A stretch of DNA of 63,799 bases, filler included. It is 22 parts of 22 records of this genome, joined end to end, with 100 filler letters (N's around TTAATTAATTAA, not from the genome) between each part and the next. Parts side by side here need not be neighbours in the genome. Positions count along the whole stretch, not along the records: positions 32,049 to 35,200 come from SRR16133337_35451; positions 35,301 to 37,478 come from SRR16133337_35511; positions 37,579 to 39,905 come from SRR16133337_35590; positions 40,006 to 43,300 come from SRR16133337_35632; positions 43,401 to 48,481 come from SRR16133337_35912; 17 more parts are not named here. One strand, given 5' to 3'. Below are positions 34,313-46,400 of the stretch, piece by piece; position 1 is the first letter of the stretch; each line of letters begins with the position of its first letter. The translations under genes and the position numbers were made by a program. The notes beneath the pieces are model-generated. The model was not told where the DNA came from. It saw only the letters and a list, made by a program, of their open reading frames with translations, and searched no databases.

Positions 34313-35838
34313 CTGCCAATCAACACGTAAAATCAAAAAACAATATAAATTCCAAGGGCTCATTTTGAGATGACTCCATAGATTTTAAACCATTGAATCA
34401 GCTGTCCAGCACCTTTCCTCTCATTTGAGTTTAGAAATATCAATACAGAAAACACGTTTCCATTTTGAAAGTAGGAGTCATGATTGTTTCAAAATATCTA
34501 TTACATCAATTTCCCGGCTCAGAAATACTTCTGCGCACATCGCTGTTCAGGAACCCGTGTGCTACATTTGAGTAAAATTCTCTTTACATCATGATTTCTC
34601 CCTGAAAGCGGACGTGGTGGTGTGAGTATGGAGTGGTGGGCGGGTATGTGGGGGTGGTGTGTAGGGTGGTGCGGGGAAACTCTGGTTTGGGGAAATGTGT
34701 GGTGGGTGTGTGGAGATGCTAGGAGGAGGAGGAGAGTGGGTGGGTGGGTCCCAGAACAGCTGATCCGATAGTTTTGAAATTCCATTCATAGTTTCATGGA
34801 GTACAAACAGTCAAAAATTATCTTGAAATAAATCATAGACATTGTAATGAAATTTTTCGATTTCTACTAGATTTGGCGTTGGAGGTATTGTTGTCTAAAA
34901 GATGGATATTTTGCGAGTTTCGCAGATGAAAATAAATTTAAATCTTTTTGCGAAGAAGAAATCTCAGATACATCTCTCGGAAATGCAGATCTTTATTTTC
35001 AGCTTGATAATGCAACTGTCGAAATGGTCCTCGATTGTGAACATGGTATGTGAAAATACAATTATTATTATTTTGCATTTTTAACTGTAGTCATTAAGTT
35101 TATCAAATTTTCGGGTAGAAACAAACATAGAGAAAACGCCTGAGGTGTTTTTGTTTTTTATTTGAGCCGAAACATTTTCACGGAGAAAAAACTCAAAATG
35201 NNNNNNNNNNNNNNNNNNNNNNNNNNNNNNNNNNNNNNNNNNNNTTAATTAATTAANNNNNNNNNNNNNNNNNNNNNNNNNNNNNNNNNNNNNNNNNNNN
35301 AATTCATTGAGAGTGAATTTTTTGAAAAAAGACAGGGGTCTAGCACCTTGAGGTGGAAGTGCGATTTACCTTTTGGGTTGATATATTTTTCACAATGGCC
35401 ATTTGTGTGGATAATTATGTTCGCTTCCATATATTTCTTCAATAGCAGAAAGGACACGATGATTAGTTCATTAAAAATAAAACTTTTGATTTTTTTGGAT
35501 TCTGAAAACTATATTTTATCCTACAAGTTTGGTTCAAATATTATCTGTTGAATACATGCAATTATTTTACAAGACTGCATTTTCGTTTTATTTTTGTTTG
35601 TGAAAATTAGCGTGTTCCCAGAACGAGAGCGAATTTCATTTTTGAAAATAAGGACAATGAAAGAACTTTGCTAGTAAAAATATTGGAGAAAAAGTTGGAA
35701 TTCTAAGTAATTTGTTCACAAGATTTCTTTCACTTTTCAAAACAATAATTTCGTGAAATAATCCATACTTCCACCTTAAAAGTGTTGTGATTTTTTTCTG
35801 TGAAATAACGTACGTAATGTTTGTGCAGTAACAGAACA

Positions 35839-37191
35839 ATGACTGAGGTTGAACTGGCTAAACAATCTCAGCACGAATCGGACTCAGATTCGAGTCAATC
35901 TGAACAAATACACAGAAAACTCACAATAAAAATAACTTCTCCAACTCGAAAAGATTCTTGTCATGATGACGAAGCTACACCTAATACACCCCTTGTTTCT
36001 CAATCTCGTGAGGAAGGAGAATCACGTATTAAAGTTCATTTTCGAGTTTCTGATGCTCACAAACATGGAAATATGATCCATGATGTTCACAAAAAACGTG
36101 AAGGAAGCGACGAAATGAAAATAATGTGTGATGATAGTTCGGTATCGGGATCTCAGTTGGGAATGCGCCGGAGAAAAACTAGTACCGGGGGAAGGAGGAA
36201 ACGGCACAGGTAATTAACACGATGGTAGACACTACAAGAGCAAAAACTCGAAGTTTTTTTTTGAGTTTGTTGGTGAGTACAGGTCATATAAATGAATAAC
36301 ATTCATCCATCTATCATGTCCAATTTTTCGAAGGGTGGATGGTGGTTGTATATTGAAAGGTTGTGAAGACATTGGTTATTCACTGGTGTGGCTGTGTTGG
36401 GCATCCCACGGAATTTACACTGTTGAAGACAATTTTTGGCGCACTTTTCCAAAGTTACATTTCTGTGAGTAGCTTTCCTGAATTTATATAAGATATGAAA
36501 AGTGACACAAATTTGTCTAATTTCACATGGTTGAAACTTTTCTTTTGGGATCCATGAAATTTGCACGTTAAAACATGTAAAAATTTTCGCATGTTTTCGA
36601 GTTTTCAAAATTCATGAATTTGCAACCAAAGAATAGTTTTTACAAAAAACATCGAATGTGGTAACACGATTTGTCGTCCAATTGAGGGAAAAGGCAAAAC
36701 ACAGTTACAAAACTAGCACACTAAAATTTATTTCAATTTTTTCCGGACAAATTGTGCAAAAATGATGAAATTCAAAAAATTTGACATTAATGGTTCCAAC
36801 AAAAAAGAAAACAACTTGAAGTTTTTGAAAATGTGAAAAACTTGATACAGTTTTTTTAAAAAAAATTAAAAACAAATACATTATTTTCTGAAAGCGGAAT
36901 CCCCAAAGCTAGAAATTTGGAATGAGTGGAGGGTGAGATGTGTCGTTTTTACTGAAGGAAGTAGTTGTATTTTTTTGGCTTGTACCTACTTTATCCTTAA
37001 TTTTAGAGTTTTACGTTCAAGTGATTTAAATGAAGAATGGAAAATATCTGATTACGAAACAACTCAAGACAGCACTGCTCGAATGACAATGAGTGAAATT
37101 ATTTATGGGAATATTCCTGTGAACCCGCAGCAACGAACAAGGGAAATCATTTTGAACAAAGAAGTTGTTGATTTAAAACAAGTGTTTAACG
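35839..37191 (+). CDS. N-terminal exons (35839-36209, 37007-37191) of a eukaryotic protein, possibly a P4-type ATPase
   Basis: Phase-2 GT-AG intron splices in frame (RH-R-VLRSS). TREIILN...F weakly resembles flippase N-termini; the product call is tentative. Confidence 0.55.
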
Positions 37192-37578
37192 GTATGTAAT
37201 CACTGCGCGGACATTGAAAAAAAATTACTCAAATTTCTTTGGGCTGTCTGTTATGTGGCAGTGCTTTGTGTATTCACACTTGTGGCAATTTGAGGAAGAA
37301 ATTGTAAATAGTTATATCAAAATTTTTATGGGGTGCCGTTCTTAAAACTGTTTTACCTGTTTCTTTCTGCGGGCTTTCAATTCGGATACAGAAAAAATAC
37401 TGATAAACGTACCAAGTTAGAGTACAAATTGTGTTATAAGTTCCAAAGTTTTTCGCGAAAAATATTTTTGGTCACAAANNNNNNNNNNNNNNNNNNNNNN
37501 NNNNNNNNNNNNNNNNNNNNNNTTAATTAATTAANNNNNNNNNNNNNNNNNNNNNNNNNNNNNNNNNNNNNNNNNNNN

Positions 37579-37731
37579 CACTTTTCATTTTTGCCTGCCT
37601 ACAGCCTACAGCATTTTTGTCTTGCGATCTTGTTGTCCTTTGTGAACCAGAAGACTTTCAAGCTTTCGACTTCTCACTTTTGCCTATAGCCTTTTTGTCT
37701 TGCCGTTTTGGTTGTCTTTTGTAAACCGAAA
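37579..37731 (+). repeat. Composite repeat: two diverged units of CACTTTT-(GCCTAYA)n-TTTTTGTCTTGC-..GTTGTC.TTTGT.AACC
   Basis: Units start at 37579 and 37675. This locus physically links the heptamer and GTCTTGC modules. Confidence 0.75.
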
Positions 37732-37774
37732 GCAAAAAATTTACTCATCAAATCATTCTCATTTTTAAATTGTT

Positions 37775-37782
37775 TATTTTTG
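37775..37782 (+). promoter_or_regulatory. Bacteroidetes -7 promoter element
   Basis: TATTTTTG, 18 nt upstream of ATG 37801. Confidence 0.55.
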
Positions 37783-37800
37783 GATACCAATTCTGAATTC

Positions 37801-39849
37801 ATGAAGAACATCATCAATAAAATTTACCAGAACAATTCCATTCTCTACAAAATTTTTCTGTTTGTTGCTACGACTGTTTTAATCGTTTATTTTTTTCCAA
37901 AAGGCGGAAAGTTTAAATATGAATTTCAAAAAGGAAAACCTTGGCATTATGAAAACCTGTATGCTCCTTTTGATTTTGCAATTCAAAAAAGTCCAGAACT
38001 TATTAAGGATGAAAGAGTAGCGATCAAGAAAAAATCCAAAATGTATTTTGCCTACGATTTTGATATTGTAGAGCAGGTAAAGAAATCCATGTCCGAACGT
38101 TTTAAAGCAACAGCTTCAGATTCTTTGTATTACCAAGAGTTGTTGTCTCAGGCAAATTCCATTGTAGATACGATTTACAAAGAAGGTTTTGTAGATGCTG
38201 GAAGTGAGACTCGTATTGAGAATCCTAAAATAGAAGTAGTGCTTCGAAAAAGAAATGAGATCAAAGAAATTGTTTTTGAAAAATTTGTATTTTCTAAAGA
38301 TCTGTTTCATTTGATTCAGAAAGAAATAAAGGAAGATACAAGTGAATTGTACAAAGATATTATCATTAATGTCTTAACAGAAGTCATAAAACCCAATGTA
38401 TCTTTTGATGAGAAATTTACAGAAAAGGCTTTGCAAAATGCCATCAATTCTATTTCGCATACAACAGGTTTGATTTCTGCGGATCAATTGATCATTTTTA
38501 GAGGAGATATTGTAGAAGGGAAAAAATTTGCTGTTTTAAATTCTTTAAAGGAAGAATACAAATCACAAATATGGAGTCAAAGTAATTATAGCTGGATCGT
38601 TTTTGGCTATACCATTTTAGTATCCTTAGCTTTATTGATGTTATTATTGTTTTTACAAAAAAACCGTTCAGAAATTTTTGATGATAATACCAAAGTAACC
38701 TTTATTTTCTTTAATATTTTAGTCATGATTTTTTTGGTGACTTTAACCATCAAATACCGTGTAGATTATTTGTACGTGGTTCCCTTGAGTATTTTACCCA
38801 TTGTCTTAAAAGCCTTTTTTGATGCCCGTTTGGGAATGTTTGCTCACGTATTAACGGTTTTGCTATTAGGGTTTGTTGTTCCCAATAGTTTTGAGTTTAT
38901 TTACTTACAGATTATTGCAGGGATTGTAACTATTTTAACGGTTTCTGAATTGCATAAAAGAGCGAATCTCTTTATCTCAATAGGACAAATAACTTTGGTA
39001 TATATGCTCACGTATTTTGCCTTTTCAATTATTCATGAAGGGAATGTTACCCAAATAAATTGGAGTTATTTTGTCTTGTTTGCCTTGAATGGTGTTTTAT
39101 CTTTCTTGTCTCTATTTTTGATTTGGATCTATGAAAAAGTCTTTGGTTTGGTATCAGATGTAACTTTGTTAGAGCTGTCCAATACCAATTCTAAGTTGTT
39201 GCGCGACCTTAACGAGAAGGCTCCAGGAACTTTTCAACATTCTATGCAAGTAGCGAATTTAGCAGAAGCTGCAGCCAATGAAATTGGAGCTAATTCTATG
39301 TTGGTACGTACGGGGGCTTTGTACCATGATATCGGAAAGATAGTAAACCCAATGTATTTTACAGAAAACCAATCCACAGCAGTAAATCCACATGACGATT
39401 TGCCGCCAAAAGAAAGTGCACGGATTATTATAGATCACGTATCAAAAGGGATTGAGTTGGCTAAAAAACAGGGATTGCCAGATCGAATTATCGATTTTAT
39501 AAGAACTCATCACGGAACAAGTACCGTATATTATTTTTATAAGAAAGAAGAAGAAGGTAGTTTAGAAGGGATTGACAAAAAAGAGTTCCAATATCGAGGT
39601 CCGATTCCTTTTTCAAAAGAAACGGCTATACTGATGATGAGTGACGCTACTGAAGCCGCTTCTAAAAGTTTAAAAACTCCAACCGCTCAATCTATCGATA
39701 TTTTGATCGATAAAATTACGGCAAAACAAATGGAAGAAGGACAGTTTAGAAATGCTGCGATTACCTTTAAAGAAATTGAAATTATTAAAAAAGTATTAAA
39801 AAAGAAATTGAAAAACATATATCATTTACGAATTGAATATCCAGAATAG
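37801..39849 (+). CDS. 7TM-HD (HDIG) membrane phosphohydrolase, PgpH-like
   Basis: Extracellular domain, multiple TM helices, APGTFQHS, YHDIGK, HHGT, RIEYP. Real start MKNIINK. Confidence 0.92.
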   Translation: MKNIINKIYQNNSILYKIFLFVATTVLIVYFFPKGGKFKYEFQKGKPWHYENLYAPFDFAIQKSPELIKDERVAIKKKSKMYFAYDFDIVEQVKKSMSERFKATASDSLYYQELLSQANSIVDTIYKEGFVDAGSETRIENPKIEVVLRKRNEIKEIVFEKFVFSKDLFHLIQKEIKEDTSELYKDIIINVLTEVIKPNVSFDEKFTEKALQNAINSISHTTGLISADQLIIFRGDIVEGKKFAVLNSLKEEYKSQIWSQSNYSWIVFGYTILVSLALLMLLLFLQKNRSEIFDDNTKVTFIFFNILVMIFLVTLTIKYRVDYLYVVPLSILPIVLKAFFDARLGMFAHVLTVLLLGFVVPNSFEFIYLQIIAGIVTILTVSELHKRANLFISIGQITLVYMLTYFAFSIIHEGNVTQINWSYFVLFALNGVLSFLSLFLIWIYEKVFGLVSDVTLLELSNTNSKLLRDLNEKAPGTFQHSMQVANLAEAAANEIGANSMLVRTGALYHDIGKIVNPMYFTENQSTAVNPHDDLPPKESARIIIDHVSKGIELAKKQGLPDRIIDFIRTHHGTSTVYYFYKKEEEGSLEGIDKKEFQYRGPIPFSKETAILMMSDATEAASKSLKTPTAQSIDILIDKITAKQMEEGQFRNAAITFKEIEIIKKVLKKKLKNIYHLRIEYPE

Positions 39850-39871
39850 AAAGGAAATTTGAGTATAACTC

Positions 39872-39905
39872 TTTTTTTTTGTCTTGCAGATGGTGATGCG
39901 GTGAT
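39872..39905 (+). repeat. TTTTTGTCTTGC + octamer repeat at the contig end
   Basis: tttttttttgtcttgcagatggtgatgcggtgat. Confidence 0.8.
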
Positions 39906-40247
39906 NNNNNNNNNNNNNNNNNNNNNNNNNNNNNNNNNNNNNNNNNNNNTTAATTAATTAANNNNNNNNNNNNNNNNNNNNNNNNNNNNNNNNNNNNNNN
40001 NNNNNTTCTTTTTTCCTTCTTCCGTGCTTAGCTTCTCAAGGAGTGTTGCTTTCTGTTTCCAAAATTCGGGCCTATGTTATAAGCATAAATTTCAATAATT
40101 AATTTTATGTAAAGGTAGGTTCTCACACAGGTGTGGGGTGTGGATGGTGAGGTAGTAGTGGTGTAGGGAGACTGTTTTATCTTGGATACATTTGAGAAAC
40201 ACGTAAAACAAATTTAATTAAAAACACACAGAATATCTTATATTTAC

Positions 40248-41050
40248 TCTTTTCAAGTTTTTCTTTGTTCGTTTTTTCTTTATCACCAACAGCAATGAAA
40301 TTTTCGTCAACTGACGAATCATCACATGAATCACGTTCCTCGACTAGGGCTTCAAATTTGCTGCTGCTCGAAGAAGAAGATGATGATGATAGATGTCTTG
40401 GTGTGTCTGTGTCGTGAGAAAAACCCTCACTTTCTGACGTTTTTTTTCTTGAGATAACTGGTGGAACAAAATTACGTGTACTGCGACGAAGAGGTCTTCG
40501 GACATGTTGCTAAGAGAGTACAAATATAACATGCTTAATAACGTTGAATGTGTGTACTACATTTAGTCCTATCGATTCAATTCCCTTGTGATATTCTTGT
40601 TATTTTAGATGAAATGTGACAAATAAAATACAGAATTATAATATAAATTGTTCGTGTTGCTAAAAAGTAGTGAATTGCACAATATGAAGAAATATATGTT
40701 TACGAATGGGTTTTGTCCTACAATTGAATATTGCCCATGATTTATTTTTACTCTTTCGCGTACAAAAAAAAATCCACTCAGTTTTCACCTGAAATTCGTG
40801 AGATTTTGTTTTGAAAAATGGACGGAGCACCCGACTCCGACTATTTTGCTCCGTTGACTGGCTAGCGTTTTGTAAAATCTTGGATGTGCAATTAAAACAT
40901 GTCCACGCCAAACGCACACCCTAAAAAACATAATGGGAATGTGCGGTGAGTATTATTCGTGAAGCAATTTACCTTCCGCCCACGGAGTCGACTTCGACCC
41001 CTTCCTTTCCCACTTTTCTTGAACTTCTTGAGGCCACTGGCGTGCGGCAT
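40248..41050 (-). CDS. Putative first exons (41050-40973, 40509-40248) of a basic/Ser-rich eukaryotic protein
   Basis: MPHASGLKKFKKSGKGRGRSRLRGRK|QHVRRPLRRSTR...SSSSSSS joined by a phase-0 GT-AG intron. Confidence 0.45.
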
Positions 41051-42715
41051 TCTCACATCTCAACTTCCTTGTGTATGCGTCTGCGTTTCCCTCCTGTAAT
41101 TCGAAACTGAACCTTAACCCTGTTGGCATATGATGTATATGTTCGATATTGTACGAAATTTAAGCAAACGAACAAGAGTCTTCCCTTCACCGTTTGAACC
41201 GGTCTTTAACTCACACTCTTATTGCGAATATTGTTCATTGCATTAATGCAGGATTATGTAAAGTGTCCACATTGTTGTGTGGGCGATGAGCAAATATCGT
41301 GGGAATTGTTTTGCAAACATAGCAAGCAATTTTTTACAGATGGCGAATGGGATAAAACCATTGAAGCATGTCCAAACATAGAGTGTATATTTTTTCATGG
41401 GACATTTTTTTGAGATCCCCCTTTGTTCGACGGAATTATGATAGTCGCGTGTAAGATGTTTTTGTATTAGTGGACGCACAACACTCTTTTTGCCATGATT
41501 TGAAAAGAAATGATGTTTGCGATTATTTGCCAAAATGAGCCGAAAAATAACTTGATGTTATCTTACGTGCTTGAAAATGAGCTGCAGAACCTCGATGAAA
41601 AGATCATTTTTCGATGGAATTTGAAGGGCACCAAGTATCAAGTACTGCTGAATCACCTCAGAAAAATAGAGTTGTGACAAAAAAATATTTTTGCGAAACT
41701 TTAAAAATGATAACATAATTATAACTGCAATACAGTATTTCGTCCGAGATAATCTGCTGTGTTTTTGCTCGAACCCACAGAAATTTTAATAGGCAAAACG
41801 CATTTAAGAATGCGACAAAAAAATCCAATATTCATTTGGTTTTCAATATCAAATTTTTATTCTCAATTTAAGCATTTTTTCTTCAAATTAAAGCACTCAA
41901 AAAGACAATTTTTTGGGGGTGTCTTTTGATGTAATCAAATATTAGTTGAATAAATTGTATGTTTTAACAAGTTTTGACAACAGTATCCAAATTTTGTTAT
42001 TGTTTTTTCCTTTGCCGTTTCGTCAAAAAGTGACTGAAAAGTATTTTGGTCCTTCAATTTCAAAATTTTGATGTTTCGAATGGATGTGGGTGTGGGAGTC
42101 TGAGGGGTGTGGTTATTCATTTGTATACAATGTATTTATTACTGTCCGTATGCGTTTTTGCGACAGCAACATTGATTTGTTTTGCGTACAAGGATATTTG
42201 AATAATATCTATGCGGACCAAGAATTCGAATTGTCTTCATTTTACAACAAATATTCGTCTGTAACAATTTGCAAATAAAAATTTCGTATTTTCCAGCCTT
42301 AGGACTAATTGTGTTATTTTTCAAGTGGCCGCTAGCGTTATGGGAAACAAAATGATATTTTCAATTGTTTTAAATGACTTGAGTATTTTTGTAAAGAATA
42401 AGCTGGTAATTTGTTCCTGTGGTTAGGTAACCAAACTTTTTACAACAATTTTGGTGTAAGATTAGTTCAGGGTGTCAGGATAATGATGTTTTTATTTTGA
42501 AAAGCGTGAAGGAATGCATTTATTATGGAGAAAACAATTCTTGTAGAATTGTGGCTTCTGGGGAGTATTTTTGTTTCTTTCAGGATTGTGAGTGAAATAT
42601 CAGCTGTGAGGTACTTAATGCCCAACATGTCATATGTCGCTGATGATTCGATCAATTGAATGTGAGGCATGATATTGAGAGGAATTCATTGGTCAACTGT
42701 AAACGCCACAAAAGA

Positions 42716-43096
42716 ATGCCGAAGAAGAAGAGGAGGTACAGTTCCGCTCGAAAACTTGCTTTTCCTCTTGATGGGTCACACGAAGAAAATGACAAATTTT
42801 TTTCAGTGGAGTTTATTGATCCACGAAAGGAAAGAGAAGTTGGCGTAGTTGCAGACGCAAATTACGAAGAACTTTTGGGTGGTTACAATGATACTCCACT
42901 TGACTCAGATATGGGGAATGTTGAACATGACGACGACCATGATGTCCACATGTCAGGTAACAAACGGCATTGGTGGGGTACAGGAGCAACGGATAGAAAA
43001 CTGTTTGTTATGCTTGAGAAAAAAAATGTTGATCAAAATACAATTGGAACACAAGTGTGTAATACGTCGAGAAACACCATTTGTTTTTCCTTCTAA
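42716..43096 (+). CDS. Hypothetical eukaryotic ORF with NLS-like start
   Basis: MPKKKRR followed by an acidic region. No domain recognised. Confidence 0.3.
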   Translation: MPKKKRRYSSARKLAFPLDGSHEENDKFFSVEFIDPRKEREVGVVADANYEELLGGYNDTPLDSDMGNVEHDDDHDVHMSGNKRHWWGTGATDRKLFVMLEKKNVDQNTIGTQVCNTSRNTICFSF

Positions 43097-43400
43097 GAAC
43101 CGACACTTCGATAGTATTTAAAAAAAACGAGAGTAGTACTTTTTTTACTTGAGGATCACAAAGAAAAATGTCTTACGGTATGGATTTTTGAAAAATCTGC
43201 ACCCAATTAGAAACTGTCGTTTGGAAAATGAAAAGATCGCACAAAAACATGCCCACACATGGTCACACGTTAAATTTCGGGAAAAAAGGCACTTTAACAG
43301 NNNNNNNNNNNNNNNNNNNNNNNNNNNNNNNNNNNNNNNNNNNNTTAATTAATTAANNNNNNNNNNNNNNNNNNNNNNNNNNNNNNNNNNNNNNNNNNNN

Positions 43401-46400
43401 TTGCAAGGAGTTGGACCCAGAGCCCATATCCAGGATTGTGGAGCCAAAGCAGCCAGCAACTGAGAACATCACCATTAAGCCCATGGCTTAATACAGGAGT
43501 TCCTAGAGGTATGGCGGGGTATACTAGCCCTCCTTATCCAGGGCATCTTATGTCAAACATAGATTATTTGATGCGCATAGGTGCATCTATGATAAGATAA
43601 AAATCAGTGATAAATATCAGCAAAATCATAAAGTGAACAAATGAAAAATATAATTTTCTAGTTGATTTATGTAAAAGATGTAAATTTTAGGTACATTTAC
43701 GGTATAGAGCATTATATTCTCATTAACTAGGGGTTGGGGAAACAAAAAAAGGGCAGGAGAAGAGATAATTGGGGAGGGGGAGCTATTAATAGAAATCTTA
43801 CACCAATGCACAGTCACACACTATAATAATAATAATTCTACACAAATTTTTTTTTTGGGTAATAATTATATAATGCATAACAATTTATACAAATTAGATT
43901 TGCAGAGAAACATCTTTTATAAATATTACTGATTTCATGATTCTTTTGTCATATAATAGCAAAAGCATTAAAACATCAACATGTAAATATTTTTATATAT
44001 TTAATATTCCCTCCACAATGCAAATAGGCTTAATTATATGGGTTAATTTACATAATTTAATGATTTTGCTACCTAAACTGACAAATAATATGTTTGTAAA
44101 AATAATTAACTTAGTTCAAATTCATAAAATATTTGTATTTGCTATGCCAAAAGGCAATGTTTTCATTTTAATAATTTAACCATTTTTTACAGTTGCTTTA
44201 GTTGGTCTAATGTTAATCTAAAGTCTAAATTACAAATTCTAAAAGACTTATGCTCTTGTCTTCATAAATATTTGAGCTAAGGATCCATTTATTTGGATTT
44301 AGCTGGTAATTTTAAAAGAATTATCAGATTCTTTGTTTGAATAGTATGTCTAAGGACATACCATTTCAAATTCTATGTACAAATGTTAAAGGATTGGGAA
44401 GCTTCAGTAAAAGTCAATTTCGTCTTTCAGGTGTCAATCATAAAATTAAGGAACTGAGCTCCGCTTCTAAATACCAACCCTCGATTTTCGTTCTTGTTGA
44501 ATCAAGGTTAAGAAGTTTTCACAAAAAAATCCGCCTTCCTAAAGGGTGTAAATACGGTGCGGAAACTAGCGGTACGGAAAATTCTAAAGGCGGGATTTTT
44601 ATTTATTTTGACAACACTTATTCAATCCTAGATAGACAAAAAGATGTAAAAACAATAGTCAGTAAATATGCAATGTTTGTAAAAATCCATCTTGGAGATA
44701 AATTTATTAATATAGTCCCTGTATACTTACCATCCTGTAAAAACTATGAACTTGTAGAAATTCTTGATAAAATCAGTATTTTTTTAACAGACCATAACAT
44801 ATCAGAATTTAGTTTTTTTGGTGACCTAAATACAGATTTTAAAAAGGCTAGGCATAAAAGTCGTGCTCTTATAATTAAGAAGTTTTTAGTGAAGCATAAT
44901 TTATTTAATCTGGCAGAGAAGCTTAATGTTGACCCAATTTTTACTTGGAGAGGCTTAGGTCAAAAGATAAATTCAAAGTCTTATATTGATCATTTTTACT
45001 GTAATTCAAATCTTTTTAATTCAATAGAGTTTAAACACTCAAGCTTCTCTGATCACAAATATATGTGTGTTGTAAATAAATTGAAGTATACATATAAACC
45101 ACCCATTTGGAAACCATTTCTATTCTCTCAAGAAAAGTTTTTGGATCTCATGAAAAAAGAAACTGAGTGGTTTATACGTAGAACTTCTGATCAAAAAGAT
45201 AGTGTAGAAATGTGTAGTTTAGACGAGCTTACTTTTTTGAATGCTGAAAATCAAAACACTGGCACTTTATTTCACCTTATACAACACTTAAAACAGTGCC
45301 ACGATAAATATTACTCTAAACTAAGGTTTTCAGAATTTGAAAAAACTAAACTTTTTGATTTACAGATTCAAGATCTATATGATAAATTAGAAAATCAAAA
45401 TAGTGTTGATATTCAGCAACAAATAAGTGAGCTTATACAATCTCAGCAAACATTTTTTAAAGAATTAGTTCATTGTCGCGCAGAATTATACTACATGAGA
45501 AATCTTATCTTAGATGGTTTACCAAATAAGGTAACATTTCAAAATTTCAAACAGAAAAAAAGGCAAAGTTACAATCTTATTATTGACAATGAATTAACTA
45601 GCTGTCCAGAAAAGATAGCAAAAACGTTTGGTAATATTTATGCTGAAACTGTATGCCCCAATGTAGTACCAAGCTCAGATTTAGATGACTTACTTAGAAC
45701 CTTTAATCTTAGTCTAGATGATATCTATCCTAAAATAACTAACCTTTCATCTCCCTATAGCACTACTAACGAATTTTTAAATGTAGTCAAATCATTGAAA
45801 AATATGTCATCGCCCGGACCAACAAGCCAGCCAAAAGCACTGTATTTATTTTTATTTCAATTTATCCCTAATTTGGCTACAAATGCATTCAATCAGATGT
45901 ATGATTTTGATCTTGATAATTCAGACTTTTCTTTTGTCAAACTTAGGAATGTCTGCTTTCTCCCAAAGAAAGATTTAGACCCAACCAACCCACGCAATAA
46001 AAGGCCGATATGCCTAGCTGAAGTCCCACTTAAGATCTTAGATAAAAGTCTGAATAATAAAGTATCAAAATATATGCAAAACATTGTGCACTGTGACCAA
46101 TTTGGCTTCATAAAAAAAAGGCATATGGCAACAGCCTCTGTCTCAATTAGTGCAGTTATAAATCATGTAAAAAGCCTGAACATAAATAGCCAACATATTT
46201 TTTTTGATCTTAAATCTGCTTATGATCAAACATTATATGATGTAACAGACAAAATCATCTCACATATATTTCCTATTGGAACTTTTGCCAAAACATGGTC
46301 TAATATTTCTAACCGTGGTAGATTTAAGGCTATAGTAGGTAGTTTTTCATCAAAAGTATATGAACATAAATTAGGATTTTCTCAGGGTCTACCCAGCAGT

